Of a DNA stretch of 64,000 nt, positions 33,435 through 41,767 are shown in pieces. Where the stretch lies: positions 2,244-66,243 of the forward strand of contig CBDCXW010000005.1 in assembly GCA_965223945.1 (NCBI GenBank), given 5' to 3'. The notes beneath the pieces were generated by a model. The model ran no database searches. It was not told where the DNA came from and saw only the letters and a program-made list of their open reading frames with translations. Made by a program: the position numbers and the translations under genes. Source of the stretch: Dehalococcoidia bacterium. GTDB lineage: Bacteria; Chloroflexota; Dehalococcoidia; Lucifugimonadales; CATQGZ01. Within the stretch, counting starts at the first letter, position 1. Every line of letters begins with the position of its first letter.

Positions 33435-34637
33435 ATGGACCAGCGGAAGAAGATCGCCGCGATCGTCACGACCTATTTCCCCGAATCTCACGCGAACCTG
33501 ATCGTCACCAAGTTCCTGGCCGGGTTCCCCACCGAGGAGGGCGTGATCGAGCCCAGGGTAGACATCGTGTCCATGTACATGGACCAGCTTCACGGAGGCG
33601 ACGTCGGGATGGACACGGCGCGGGAGCACGGGGTCGAGGTCTATCCCAGCATCCGGGGTGCGCTGACGCTGAAGCGGGGCAGCGCGGGCCCCTGGCCGAC
33701 CGCGGACGACTGGGAGGACGGCGAGCTTGCCGTCGACGGCGTGCTCCTCATAGCAGAGCACGGGGACTACCCCTACAACGAGCGGGACCGGCGCCTCTAC
33801 CCGCGCCGCCACATGTTCGAGCAGATATGCGGCGTCTTCTCAGGCTCTGGCCGCTCTGTGCCGGTGTTCAACGACAAGCACATGTCCTACGACTGGAGCG
33901 ACGCGGTCTGGATGTACGACCGTGCGAGGGAGCTCGGAGTCCCTTTCATGGCCGGATCGTCGCTGCCGGTCACTAGGCGGGTCCCGGAGCTGGAGCACGA
34001 GATCGGCACGCCCATCGAGGAGGCGCTGGAGATAGGGTTCATCAACTCGTACAAGACCGGCCTAGACTCGTACGGGTTCCACGGCCTGGAGACCCTGCAG
34101 TGCATGGTGGAGCGGCGAAGCGGGGGCGAGACGGGAATCGCGGCGGTACAGTGCCTGGAGGGCCAGGAGGTGTGGGAGGCCGGCAGGAGAGGCGAGTGGT
34201 CGATGGAGCTCGCGGACGCGGCGGAGGCGCTGTCCGAGCCGAAGAAGGCGGGCCGCAGAGAAGACAACTGCCCCAACCCGGCCGTGTTCCTGCTGGAGTA
34301 TTCAGACGGCCTCCGAGCCGCGTCGCTAATCCTGCCGGGCCATCTGAGCGGGTGGGGGTACGCGGCGCGGGTGAACGGAGCCGTCGAGGCCACGGGGTTC
34401 AATCGGAGAGGCGGGCTGGACCACGCCTTCGGCTACCTCGGCCTGAACGTCGAGGACATGTTCGTCACGGGACGGCCCCGATACCCGGTGGAGCGTACGC
34501 TACTGGTAACCGGGGCACTGGGGTCGCTAATGGAGTCGCGGTACCGGGGGCACGTGCGGATAGAGACGCCGCACCTGAACGTGGCCTACGAGCCCTACAG
34601 GGAGCCTCCGATCCGGCCGGGCGCAGCAGCAGGTTGA
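33435..34637 (+). CDS. conserved hypothetical protein (function not recognised)
   Basis: 400-aa ORF with coding-type composition and GGAGGG 4 nt before the ATG. No diagnostic motif recognised. Confidence 0.5.
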   Translation: MDQRKKIAAIVTTYFPESHANLIVTKFLAGFPTEEGVIEPRVDIVSMYMDQLHGGDVGMDTAREHGVEVYPSIRGALTLKRGSAGPWPTADDWEDGELAVDGVLLIAEHGDYPYNERDRRLYPRRHMFEQICGVFSGSGRSVPVFNDKHMSYDWSDAVWMYDRARELGVPFMAGSSLPVTRRVPELEHEIGTPIEEALEIGFINSYKTGLDSYGFHGLETLQCMVERRSGGETGIAAVQCLEGQEVWEAGRRGEWSMELADAAEALSEPKKAGRREDNCPNPAVFLLEYSDGLRAASLILPGHLSGWGYAARVNGAVEATGFNRRGGLDHAFGYLGLNVEDMFVTGRPRYPVERTLLVTGALGSLMESRYRGHVRIETPHLNVAYEPYREPPIRPGAAAG

Positions 34638-34658
34638 TACGCGCGGGGCCCCTGCCCT

Positions 34659-35870
34659 CTACCCCACCACGTCGCGGAAGACCCTCAGGTAGTTGAGGCC
34701 CAGTATCCGCCGCATCTCCTCGTCGTCGAAGCCTCGCTCGGCGAGCTTGACCGTTATGTTCGGCCAGTCCGTGAAGTCGTTGAATCCGACGATGTGGTAG
34801 TCGTCGGTCAGGCGGTGCTCTTCGAGCCTGAAACCGCTGAAGTTGAACTCGCCGGGCCGGGCCGTGAGCCGGTCGTCGGCCATGCCCTCCGGCCACTCGA
34901 CCATCGAGTCGGTGCCCGGGCCGGGGCCCGCCTTGTCGGTGCCGATCCCGACGTGCTCGATACCCATCACGTTCACGAGGTGCTCGACGTGGGCCGCGAC
35001 ATCGTCGAGAGTGGCCTCCGTCGTCTCCTGGAGGAAGCCGGGTATCGTGACGACCCCGATGAATCCGCCCTGGTCCGCGATGGCCTTGACGAACTCGTCG
35101 CTCTTTCCGCGGTCGTGGTAGCAGACGGAGCTGCTGCAGGCGTGCGAGATGATCACCGGCGAGGTCGAGACCTCCATCGCGTCCCAGCCGACCTTCTCGC
35201 TGCAGTGGCTGACGTCCACGATGATGTTCAGCTCGTTGAGCCGCTCGACGACGGCGTGCCCGAAGTAGGTCAGGCCGCTCTTGTCGGCCTCGGTGCAGCC
35301 GCCTCCGACCAGCGTGCCGATGTTGTAGGTCAGCTGGCACATGCGGAGTCCCATATTGTGGAACACCTCGATGCGGTCCAGCTGGTCGCTGAACGGGGTG
35401 GTGTTCTGGAAGTCGATGATCAGGCCGTGCTTGCCCTCGCGCTGCGCCCTCTCGATGTCGTCGGCGTCGAGTACGAGAAGCATCCGGTCATCGAGCGCGT
35501 CCACGATGGACCGGGCCTGGGCTATGGAGGTCACGGCGTCTTCGAAGGCACTCCCGATGGGGCCCGGACCGGCGTACGTTCCGCAGGCCACATCGACTCC
35601 TGAAGCGTCCCAGAAGTCGATGTACTGCCGCCGGGCCTCCTCCGAGGTCTGTATCTCCCTGGCGGCCATCGCCGCGAGGCGACCGAAGGCCTGGGACTGA
35701 GGCATGCCTCGGGCGTGATACTCCCGCAGCGCGGCCCTCATGTTGTCGTTGAATAGGAAGCCGTTGGTGGCGGGCGGCTGCTGGCTGTCTATTACCAGCG
35801 CGTCCCGGTGGAGCGCCAAAGCCTCCTCAGCGCTTAGTACCGGTCTCATCGTCTGCCTGCTCTGGGTCAT
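34659..35870 (-). CDS. membrane (renal-type) dipeptidase, peptidase family M19
   Basis: VIDSQQP, HNMGLRMCQLTYN, IIVDVSHCSEK, VIISHACSS and HVGIGTDKAG match M19 metal-binding blocks. Start set at the second ATG, 6 nt after GGAGG. Confidence 0.85.
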   Translation of the reverse strand: MTQSRQTMRPVLSAEEALALHRDALVIDSQQPPATNGFLFNDNMRAALREYHARGMPQSQAFGRLAAMAAREIQTSEEARRQYIDFWDASGVDVACGTYAGPGPIGSAFEDAVTSIAQARSIVDALDDRMLLVLDADDIERAQREGKHGLIIDFQNTTPFSDQLDRIEVFHNMGLRMCQLTYNIGTLVGGGCTEADKSGLTYFGHAVVERLNELNIIVDVSHCSEKVGWDAMEVSTSPVIISHACSSSVCYHDRGKSDEFVKAIADQGGFIGVVTIPGFLQETTEATLDDVAAHVEHLVNVMGIEHVGIGTDKAGPGPGTDSMVEWPEGMADDRLTARPGEFNFSGFRLEEHRLTDDYHIVGFNDFTDWPNITVKLAERGFDDEEMRRILGLNYLRVFRDVVG

Positions 35871-35913
35871 CGGCATCCTCCATTGGGCGACTGGATGTCG
35901 CAGAGGCGTCGGC

Positions 35914-36165
35914 CTACGGGCCGTTCTTTCTCGATCCGCAAGCGGCCGCGACCGCGCCCACCAGTACAGCAACCACGAGCGCCAGCTTCAGGGCCGTCAA
36001 CCAGGTGATCTCTCCGGCGACGAGGTCCTCTGAGACCGCACCGGGGAAGACCTCCGGAACGATCCACTCCCACGTGAGCTTGATCGCCGGTGTACCCAGG
36101 ACCAGCAGGGCGACAAACAGCCCGAAGACTCCCGAGCAGCCCACGGAGCAGCCGCGGTTCATCAT
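35914..36165 (-). CDS. small membrane protein (2 TM helices)
   Basis: 83 aa from the ATGATG preceded by AGGAGG at 6-nt spacing. Hydrophobic segments GVFGLFVALLVLGTPAI and LTALKLALVVAVLVGAVAAA. The longer 255-aa ORF extension overlaps the oxidoreductase gene and is rejected. Confidence 0.45.
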   Translation of the reverse strand: MMNRGCSVGCSGVFGLFVALLVLGTPAIKLTWEWIVPEVFPGAVSEDLVAGEITWLTALKLALVVAVLVGAVAAACGSRKNGP

Positions 36166-36178
36166 CGGCGCCCTCCTG

Positions 36179-37276
36179 CTACCGGTCGGTGATGGGGAAG
36201 TGGACGGGGATGTTGCCCGACGCCTGGGACTGCAGCATGCCGAGTATGATCGCCACCGACTTGCGGGCCTCACGGGGGGGAGAGGCGGTCTGGCTTCCCG
36301 TCTCGATGGCCTGGATGAGGTCGGCGACGGCCGCTGGCGTATCGGTGCGCTGCACCATCGGCGTGGGGAGCGTCCTGCCGGCCATGGTGAGCGGGAATAT
36401 GTCCGGGTCCTGCCGCCACACCTGGGCGGCCTGGTTGCCGATCCGGAGGCGGCCCTCCTCAGCATATACGTCCAGCTCGAACTCCGCGGTGGTGCGCTTC
36501 GAGATGTTGATGAACAGCCGAACTCCGTTGTCGAACTGCACCAGGCCGCTGCCGCCAGGGTCGAAGGCGGGGTCTCTGCCGCCATCCCCGGCATAGCGGG
36601 GGCCGTACTCCTGGTGCTCCTCATCGAGCGCGCCGACCACCCACTCCGGCTCGCCTCCGGCGTACCACACAGCCGCGTCAATCAGGTGCGAGCCGTTGCG
36701 GAACAACATCGCCCGGGGTCCGCCGTAGTTGGCGATAATGCGTCTGACCGCGCCGAGGGGTCGTCCTTCGCCGAGATGGGCCCGGGCGCCGTTCCAGTGG
36801 GGGCGGTAGCGTCGAAGATAGTCGACCGTCATCGCCACGCCGTGACGCTCGCTCGCCTCTATCATCCTGTCCATTTCGGCGATGGTCGTCGCCATGGGCT
36901 TCTCGCAGAGGATGCCGCGCACTCCAGCGGCGGCGGCGGACTCGACGAACCGGGCATGTTGATGATCCGAGGTCACCACTCCCAGCAGGTCGATGTTCTC
37001 CTTCGCCAGCATCTCGTCAAAGCCGGCGTAGAACTTGGCGTCAGGCCACTTCCATCCGTAGTTGGCGAGAAACTGGGTGAAGAGCTCCTCCTTGAGGTCG
37101 CAGACCGCGACCACTTCCACACCTGGGGTCACGGCGAAGCCCGACGAGTGGGACAGCGAGGCCGCGACCGAATCGAGGTCCCACTCGATGCCCATGCCGG
37201 TGTGAGCGGGAGCAGTGGGCATGGGGCCGATGCCCATGCCGCCGAGCCCCACTATGGCGGCGCGATACTGTGCCAT
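36179..37276 (-). CDS. Gfo/Idh/MocA family oxidoreductase
   Basis: N-terminal Rossmann-type motif AAIVGLGGMG, the typical ILCEKPMA block, and a C-terminal alpha/beta domain. Confidence 0.85.
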   Translation of the reverse strand: MAQYRAAIVGLGGMGIGPMPTAPAHTGMGIEWDLDSVAASLSHSSGFAVTPGVEVVAVCDLKEELFTQFLANYGWKWPDAKFYAGFDEMLAKENIDLLGVVTSDHQHARFVESAAAAGVRGILCEKPMATTIAEMDRMIEASERHGVAMTVDYLRRYRPHWNGARAHLGEGRPLGAVRRIIANYGGPRAMLFRNGSHLIDAAVWYAGGEPEWVVGALDEEHQEYGPRYAGDGGRDPAFDPGGSGLVQFDNGVRLFINISKRTTAEFELDVYAEEGRLRIGNQAAQVWRQDPDIFPLTMAGRTLPTPMVQRTDTPAAVADLIQAIETGSQTASPPREARKSVAIILGMLQSQASGNIPVHFPITDR

Positions 37277-37387
37277 TCCGATTCCCCTCCTGGTTAAGCT
37301 TGGTCAGAATGCGGGTCAGGGACCTGCCGCTACGACGGGCTAGACGAGCACTGTTTCCATGTGATTCTGGCCGATTGCCCGAAGAAC

Positions 37388-37411
37388 ACCCTCACCCTAG
37401 CCCTCTCCCGT
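37388..37411. repeat. REP module M2, left half (right half at 38678-38700), split by IS481-family insertion
   Basis: CACCCTCACCCTAGCCCTCTCCCGT | IS | CCCGTCGAGGGAGAGGGG. Removing the IS and one CCCGT copy restores a complete M2 hairpin. Confidence 0.85.
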
Positions 37412-38677
37412 TGTATAGACCGGGGACATAGGTTACACATGTTCGGAGACATGGGTTACACCATTAGGCATGGTAATTCTGTTCAGGAGGATGCCCATGC
37501 CATGGAGGGTGGAAACTGTCATGTCTCAACGCAAAGAGTTCGTCGCTCTGGCGCGGTCCGAGGGAGTGATCATGAGCGAACTGTGTTTGCGCAGTGGGAT
37601 CAGCCGCAAGACTGGCTACAAGTGGCTGAGACGATACCTTGAAGGCGGAGAGCAGCGTCTGGATGATCTCCCGAAGCGCCCTCATCACTCCCCGAACCGG
37701 ACGAGCGACGACATGGAGCAGCTCGTCGTAGACCTTCGCCGGGAGCATCCCACTAAGGGAGGACACGTGCTGGCCAGGATACTCAAGGATCGTGGACACA
37801 ACAGTGTGCCGTCCAAGAGCACGATCACGGCCATCCTCAGACGACATCAACTTATCGAGCCATCTGAGAGTCTCAAGCACAAGCCGTATAAGCGCTTCGA
37901 GCACGAGCGGCCCAACCAGCTGTGGCAGATGGACTTCAAGGGGCATATCCCTGTCGTCAGCGGTGGACGTTGCCACCCGCTGACGGTCCTGGACGACCAT
38001 TCGAGGTTCTCCCTGGGTGTGAGGGCTTGTGCAGACGAGAGGACTCAGACCGTCCATGACCATCTTACGTCCATCTTCAGCCACTACGGCATGCCCAATA
38101 CGATACTGGTTGACAACGGCTCTCCCTGGGGCAGCGACGTTGACCACCCCTTCACCCCACTGACAGTCTGGCTGGTCCAACTGGGAGTCAGAGTGGTCCA
38201 CAGTAGGCCATACCACCCCCAGACCCTAGGCAAGCTCGAGCGCTTCCACAGGTCCCTCAAGACTGAGCTGCTCCAGGGAAGCAGATACACCGACCTGTCC
38301 CACTGCCAGAGCAGCTTCGATGGATGGCGAGACTTTTACAACCTCCAGCGTCCTCATCACGCCCTGGACCTCAATACGCCTGCCAGCCGATACACCGTCA
38401 GCCCTCGGCCTTTCCCGGAGACGCTTCCGACCGTCGACTACGACACTGACGACCAGGTACGCTCTGTAGATGTCAACGGCCGAATATCCTTCCTGGGCAG
38501 ATCATTCCCCGTCGGTAAAGCCTTCAGAGGCAAGAGGGTCGCTCTAAGGCCCACACCCACTGACGGCACATGGAAGGTCTTTTTCTCCGTCCAGTCCATC
38601 GCTACCATAGATCTCAATCAATAGAATGTGTAACCCATGTCCCCGAACAACTGTTACCCATCTCTCCGGTCTGTACA
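37412..38677 (+). mobile_element. IS481-family insertion sequence, 1266 bp, 50-bp imperfect terminal inverted repeats, 5-bp target duplication CCCGT
   Basis: IRL TGTATAGACCGGGGACATAGGTTACA... and IRR (reverse complement) TGTACAGACCGGAGAGATGGGTAACA... match at 42/50 positions. Direct repeats CCCGT lie at 37407-37411 and 38678-38682. Contains a single DDE transposase ORF. Confidence 0.9.
37497..38624 (+). CDS. IS481-family transposase (HTH + DDE integrase core)
   Basis: N-terminal HTH (SQRKEFVALARSEGVIMSELCLRSGISRKTGYKWLRRY). DDE core blocks WQMDFKG, ILVDNGSPW and YHPQTLGKLERFHRSLKTE. Start uncertain (37470, 37491 or 37497). Confidence 0.9.
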   Translation: MPWRVETVMSQRKEFVALARSEGVIMSELCLRSGISRKTGYKWLRRYLEGGEQRLDDLPKRPHHSPNRTSDDMEQLVVDLRREHPTKGGHVLARILKDRGHNSVPSKSTITAILRRHQLIEPSESLKHKPYKRFEHERPNQLWQMDFKGHIPVVSGGRCHPLTVLDDHSRFSLGVRACADERTQTVHDHLTSIFSHYGMPNTILVDNGSPWGSDVDHPFTPLTVWLVQLGVRVVHSRPYHPQTLGKLERFHRSLKTELLQGSRYTDLSHCQSSFDGWRDFYNLQRPHHALDLNTPASRYTVSPRPFPETLPTVDYDTDDQVRSVDVNGRISFLGRSFPVGKAFRGKRVALRPTPTDGTWKVFFSVQSIATIDLNQ

Positions 38678-39750
38678 CCCGTCGAGGGAGAGGGGATTTC
38701 TTCCGCTCTGGCCACGGCAACCCGGCGCCCGGTCCGCGAGGACTCGTGGGCGGCGTCGATGATCTCAAGTATCCGGAGCGCGTCGATGGGCGACATGGCC
38801 GCCGGCCTGTCCTCCCGGATGGACTCGACGAACCGCCGCAGCACCGCCACGCCGTCTCCCATCTCGTAGCCGCCGACGTCGTCCGTTTCAAACCGCAGCA
38901 CCTGCGTCACACCGGCGGACCAGTCGGCGCGGGCGCTGCGGACCTCGATTTCGCCGCCCATGTAGTCCCACCTGAGCCACCCGTCGGAGCCGCGCAGTCC
39001 GAAGAAGAGCTGGTGCGGCATCTTGTCGATTGCATATGTGCAGTGCAGGCTTCCGATCATACCGTTGTCGAACCGCAGAGAGACGGCCGCGGTGTCCTCC
39101 ACATCGATCTGCTCGCCGCTGAGAGTGTCGAGGATGGCGGAGACCTCCGAGACCTCCGCGGATGTAGACCAGCGCATGAAGTCGAGCCAGTGGCAGCCCA
39201 GCCAGTGAAGAATGCCTCCACCGTTGCGCTCCGCGCTGAACATCGGATTGTCCGGCCCGCGCGACTGCACGCTCGTCGTCACCCAGCTCGCCTCGATCGA
39301 CACCAGGCTGCCGAGGACACCCCTCTCTATGATCTCCTTGATGGCGAGACCTGCCGGCGAGACGCGGCGCGTGTACCCGGTAGAGAACCTCACGCCGCTC
39401 TTCCTTACGGCCTCGATCGCAGGCATGAGCTCCGCGGCTGTCCGGGCGCAGGGCTTCTCGGCAAATACGTGGACGCCCGCCTCCGCAGCCTGCGTGATGA
39501 ACCGAGCCGTGGTGTCGTTGGGCTGGGTTATCAGGACCGCCTCGGGGCGCTCCTTACGGAGTACCTCGTCGAAGTCGTCGTACACGCCTAGCCCCTGAAA
39601 CTCGGGGGGCAGGAGCGCCCTCGCAGCCGCTGGATCGGGATCGTAGAGCGCCACAAGCTCGATGCCGGGCATGAGGAGGAGAGTCTCTATGTACCCGTCG
39701 CCGTGCGGATAGGCCACGCCGATATGCGCCAGTCGTACCGGATCAGCCAT
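38614..39750 (-). CDS. Gfo/Idh/MocA family oxidoreductase with C-terminal tail altered by the IS481 insertion
   Basis: N-terminal LAHIGVAYPHG Rossmann-like start, VFAEKPCA block, dimerisation domain. The last roughly 20 codons (VQTGEMGNSCSGTWVTHSID) are read from the IS right end. Without the IS the ORF would end ...PSPSTGEG-stop inside REP module M2. Confidence 0.8.
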   Translation of the reverse strand: MADPVRLAHIGVAYPHGDGYIETLLLMPGIELVALYDPDPAAARALLPPEFQGLGVYDDFDEVLRKERPEAVLITQPNDTTARFITQAAEAGVHVFAEKPCARTAAELMPAIEAVRKSGVRFSTGYTRRVSPAGLAIKEIIERGVLGSLVSIEASWVTTSVQSRGPDNPMFSAERNGGGILHWLGCHWLDFMRWSTSAEVSEVSAILDTLSGEQIDVEDTAAVSLRFDNGMIGSLHCTYAIDKMPHQLFFGLRGSDGWLRWDYMGGEIEVRSARADWSAGVTQVLRFETDDVGGYEMGDGVAVLRRFVESIREDRPAAMSPIDALRILEIIDAAHESSRTGRRVAVARAEEIPSPSTGVQTGEMGNSCSGTWVTHSID

Positions 39751-39874
39751 GTTCTGTCCCTGCGTTCCTCGCCATCCGTTCGTCTATCCGGAGCCGTTGG
39801 AAGCGCCCGCCGACAAGCTTACCCGGAATCTGCCGGATTGCAACAGCCTCCGAGCCGACTATTGAGAGCAACTC

Positions 39875-40237
39875 CTACAAGGCCAGCGGCACAACCTTCG
39901 ACCGGCGTATGACCCGATCACGAGTGAGCAACGGAACACCGTGCACGACGCTAGTGGCGGCAATGAGCTGGTCTGCCGGATCGCCCTGGAAGTCGAGACG
40001 GGTCGAAGCGCGCGCGACCGCGAGGTCAATAGGCCACACGTGCAGGCGGCCCAGGGTGCGTGTAACTTCACGGTCGTCAAGATCCATGTCGACACGACCA
40101 AGCTCAACTAGCTTGGCGAGCTCCCACAGCACAATGGCCGAAATGGACCAACGGCCTTGCGCCAGCATCGCCTGCTCAGGCGGACGGAGATGGGCACTTA
40201 CCGCGAAGACGAGGATATGTGTGTCGAGATTAAGCAT
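39875..40237 (-). CDS. vapC: PIN-domain ribonuclease toxin (VapC family)
   Basis: MLNLDTHILV (Asp), WELAKL (Glu), DPADQLIAATS (Asp) and LLTRD form the PIN acidic residue pattern. The ATG overlaps the antitoxin stop by 8 nt (ATGCTTAA). Confidence 0.85.
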   Translation of the reverse strand: MLNLDTHILVFAVSAHLRPPEQAMLAQGRWSISAIVLWELAKLVELGRVDMDLDDREVTRTLGRLHVWPIDLAVARASTRLDFQGDPADQLIAATSVVHGVPLLTRDRVIRRSKVVPLAL

Positions 40238-40448
40238 CTGCGTCCCAGCGGACGCCGGTCCCAAAGATGTCACCTCTGACATTGACCTTGTGCCGCAGAC
40301 TGCCGATCATGTCGGCCCACTGGCGCTCATAGGGAACGACTCGCGCGACCGGCTTGCCATGCTTGGTGACGATCAGCCCATCGTCGTCCAGGTGATCCAA
40401 CAGAGCCAGGCACTGCTCCTTGAATTTTGCCGCGCCAATCGTTTTCAT
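40230..40448 (-). CDS. Phd/YefM-type antitoxin
   Basis: MKTIGAAKFKEQCLALLDHLDDDGLIVTKHGKPVARVVPY is the classical Phd/YefM N-terminal fold signature. Start uncertain (40448 or 40457). Confidence 0.8.
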   Translation of the reverse strand: MKTIGAAKFKEQCLALLDHLDDDGLIVTKHGKPVARVVPYERQWADMIGSLRHKVNVRGDIFGTGVRWDADA

Positions 40449-40579
40449 TAACGGCATACCTCCCTGAAGTGGACATAGTATACGACTGGTCAATAACTTT
40501 GTCCATTTAGAGTCGTCGGTACCGAAAACAAACAGAACCTTGCTTGACCCCACCTAGCCTTCAAAGGGAGCGCCGACAG

Positions 40580-40607
40580 TTGACATCCTTGTGATATATA
40601 ATATATC
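40580..40607 (+). promoter_or_regulatory. putative mazEF promoter with overlapping 7-1-7 palindrome (candidate antitoxin operator)
   Basis: TTGACA at 40580-40585. Perfect palindrome GATATAT-A-ATATATC at 40593-40607 contains TATAAT/TATATC-type -10 candidates. AGGAGG lies at 40613-40618 and the ATG at 40626. Confidence 0.45.
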
Positions 40608-40625
40608 TGTATAGGAGGTACTCGC

Positions 40626-40865
40626 ATGGGCGCGAAGTCGCACATCTCCAGGTGGGGCACCAGTCTGGCCATCCGAATCCCCAAGCCCATTGCGGAGCAG
40701 TGGGGCGTTCAGGAAGGCTCGTCCATAGAGATCGTCCCCCGAGGTGACCAGATCGTGCTGCGCAAGAAGTCCTATGATCTGAACAGCATGCTGGCCCAGA
40801 TCGAACCGGGCAATCTTCATCCCGAACATGATACGGGGCCGTCCCAGGGCCGCGAGGAATGGTAG
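40626..40865 (+). CDS. mazE: AbrB/MazE/SpoVT-family antitoxin
   Basis: SRWGTSLAIRIPKPIAEQWGVQEGSSIEIVPRGDQIVL is a swapped-hairpin AbrB/MazE fold signature. Overlaps the downstream toxin start. Confidence 0.8.
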   Translation: MGAKSHISRWGTSLAIRIPKPIAEQWGVQEGSSIEIVPRGDQIVLRKKSYDLNSMLAQIEPGNLHPEHDTGPSQGREEW

Positions 40866-41200
40866 ACCGCGAGTATGTCCCCGCAAGGGGGGACATCGTG
40901 TGGCTGAGCTTTACGCCTGAGGTCGGCCATGAACAGGCTGGCCACCGCCCTGCCCTGGTCTTGAGTCCAGAGGCCTACAACGAGAAAACCAGCCTGGCGC
41001 TCTTCTGCCCCATCACGTCCAGGGTCAGGGGGTACCCCTTTGAAGTCCCTCTTCCCTCCTCCAGCGCAGTTTCGGGAGTGATACTGGCCGACCAGGTAAA
41101 AAGCCTGGATTGGCGGGCGAGGCACGCCCGTTTCGGGTGCCACGCCGCACGGCAGGTTGTAGGCGAAGTCCTGGAGAAGGTACACGTCCTCCTAGAATGA
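40859..41200 (+). CDS. mazF: MazF/PemK-family endoribonuclease toxin
   Basis: YVPARGDIVWLSFTPEVGHEQAGHRPALVLSP...FCPITSRVRGYPFEVPL...ILADQVKSLDW matches the PemK/MazF SH3-like fold motifs. Confidence 0.85.
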   Translation: MVDREYVPARGDIVWLSFTPEVGHEQAGHRPALVLSPEAYNEKTSLALFCPITSRVRGYPFEVPLPSSSAVSGVILADQVKSLDWRARHARFGCHAARQVVGEVLEKVHVLLE

Positions 41201-41302
41201 CCACCTGGTCCAACATTGAACGACCTCCCCCGCATCGATACAATTGAAATGGGGATACGAACTCCCGCGAGGCATAAGACCAACACCCCAAGAGGCCAAG
41301 AC

Positions 41303-41698
41303 TTGGAGCTAAGCACCTCATACAAGAACATCCAGCCCAACGACGAGGCGGAGCGCTACATACGGAAGAAGGTGGACAGGCTGGCACGCCACCTCAAGCC
41401 GCCCTCAGACGCCAAGCTCGAGATATCCCGGATATCGTCCCGGTCTCCGGAAGACCGGGTGGTGGCTCAGATGACTCTCACGGCCGGCGGCAGGACGCTC
41501 AGGGCTCAGGAGTCGGGGGCGAACCTCTCGGCGGCCATCGACGCGGTCGTCAACGTGATGGACCGACAGATCAGCCGGTACAAGGGGCAGTTCTACCGGA
41601 CCTCCCAGGCCAGGAGGTCGGCCAGAGCGGCCGCTCGCGAGGACGGCCGGACCATCGAAGTCGAAGAACAGGACTCCGACGTTGCGGAGTCCGACTAG
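41303..41698 (+). CDS. hpf: ribosome hibernation promoting factor / RaiA family (short form with acidic tail)
   Basis: YIRKKVDRLARHL...AQMTLTAGGRTLRAQESGANLSAAIDAVVNVMDRQISRYKG matches the sigma-54 modulation/HPF fold. Start uncertain (TTG 41303 after AGAGG, ATG 41249, or ORF start 41216). Confidence 0.75.
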   Translation: MELSTSYKNIQPNDEAERYIRKKVDRLARHLKPPSDAKLEISRISSRSPEDRVVAQMTLTAGGRTLRAQESGANLSAAIDAVVNVMDRQISRYKGQFYRTSQARRSARAAAREDGRTIEVEEQDSDVAESD

Positions 41699-41767
41699 AC
41701 CGGCCTACGTCCCAACGGTCCTTCAGAGTCAGCGGGGCATGGGATTGGACTACTTCGTCCGGCCTCG

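Noticed and set aside
35914-36681. 255-aa minus-strand ORF
   Set aside because: Its upstream two-thirds overlaps the Gfo/Idh/MocA gene (36179..37276) in another frame with Pro/Arg/Ser-rich composition. Only the last 83 codons, which have their own RBS and TM helices, are kept as a possible small gene.
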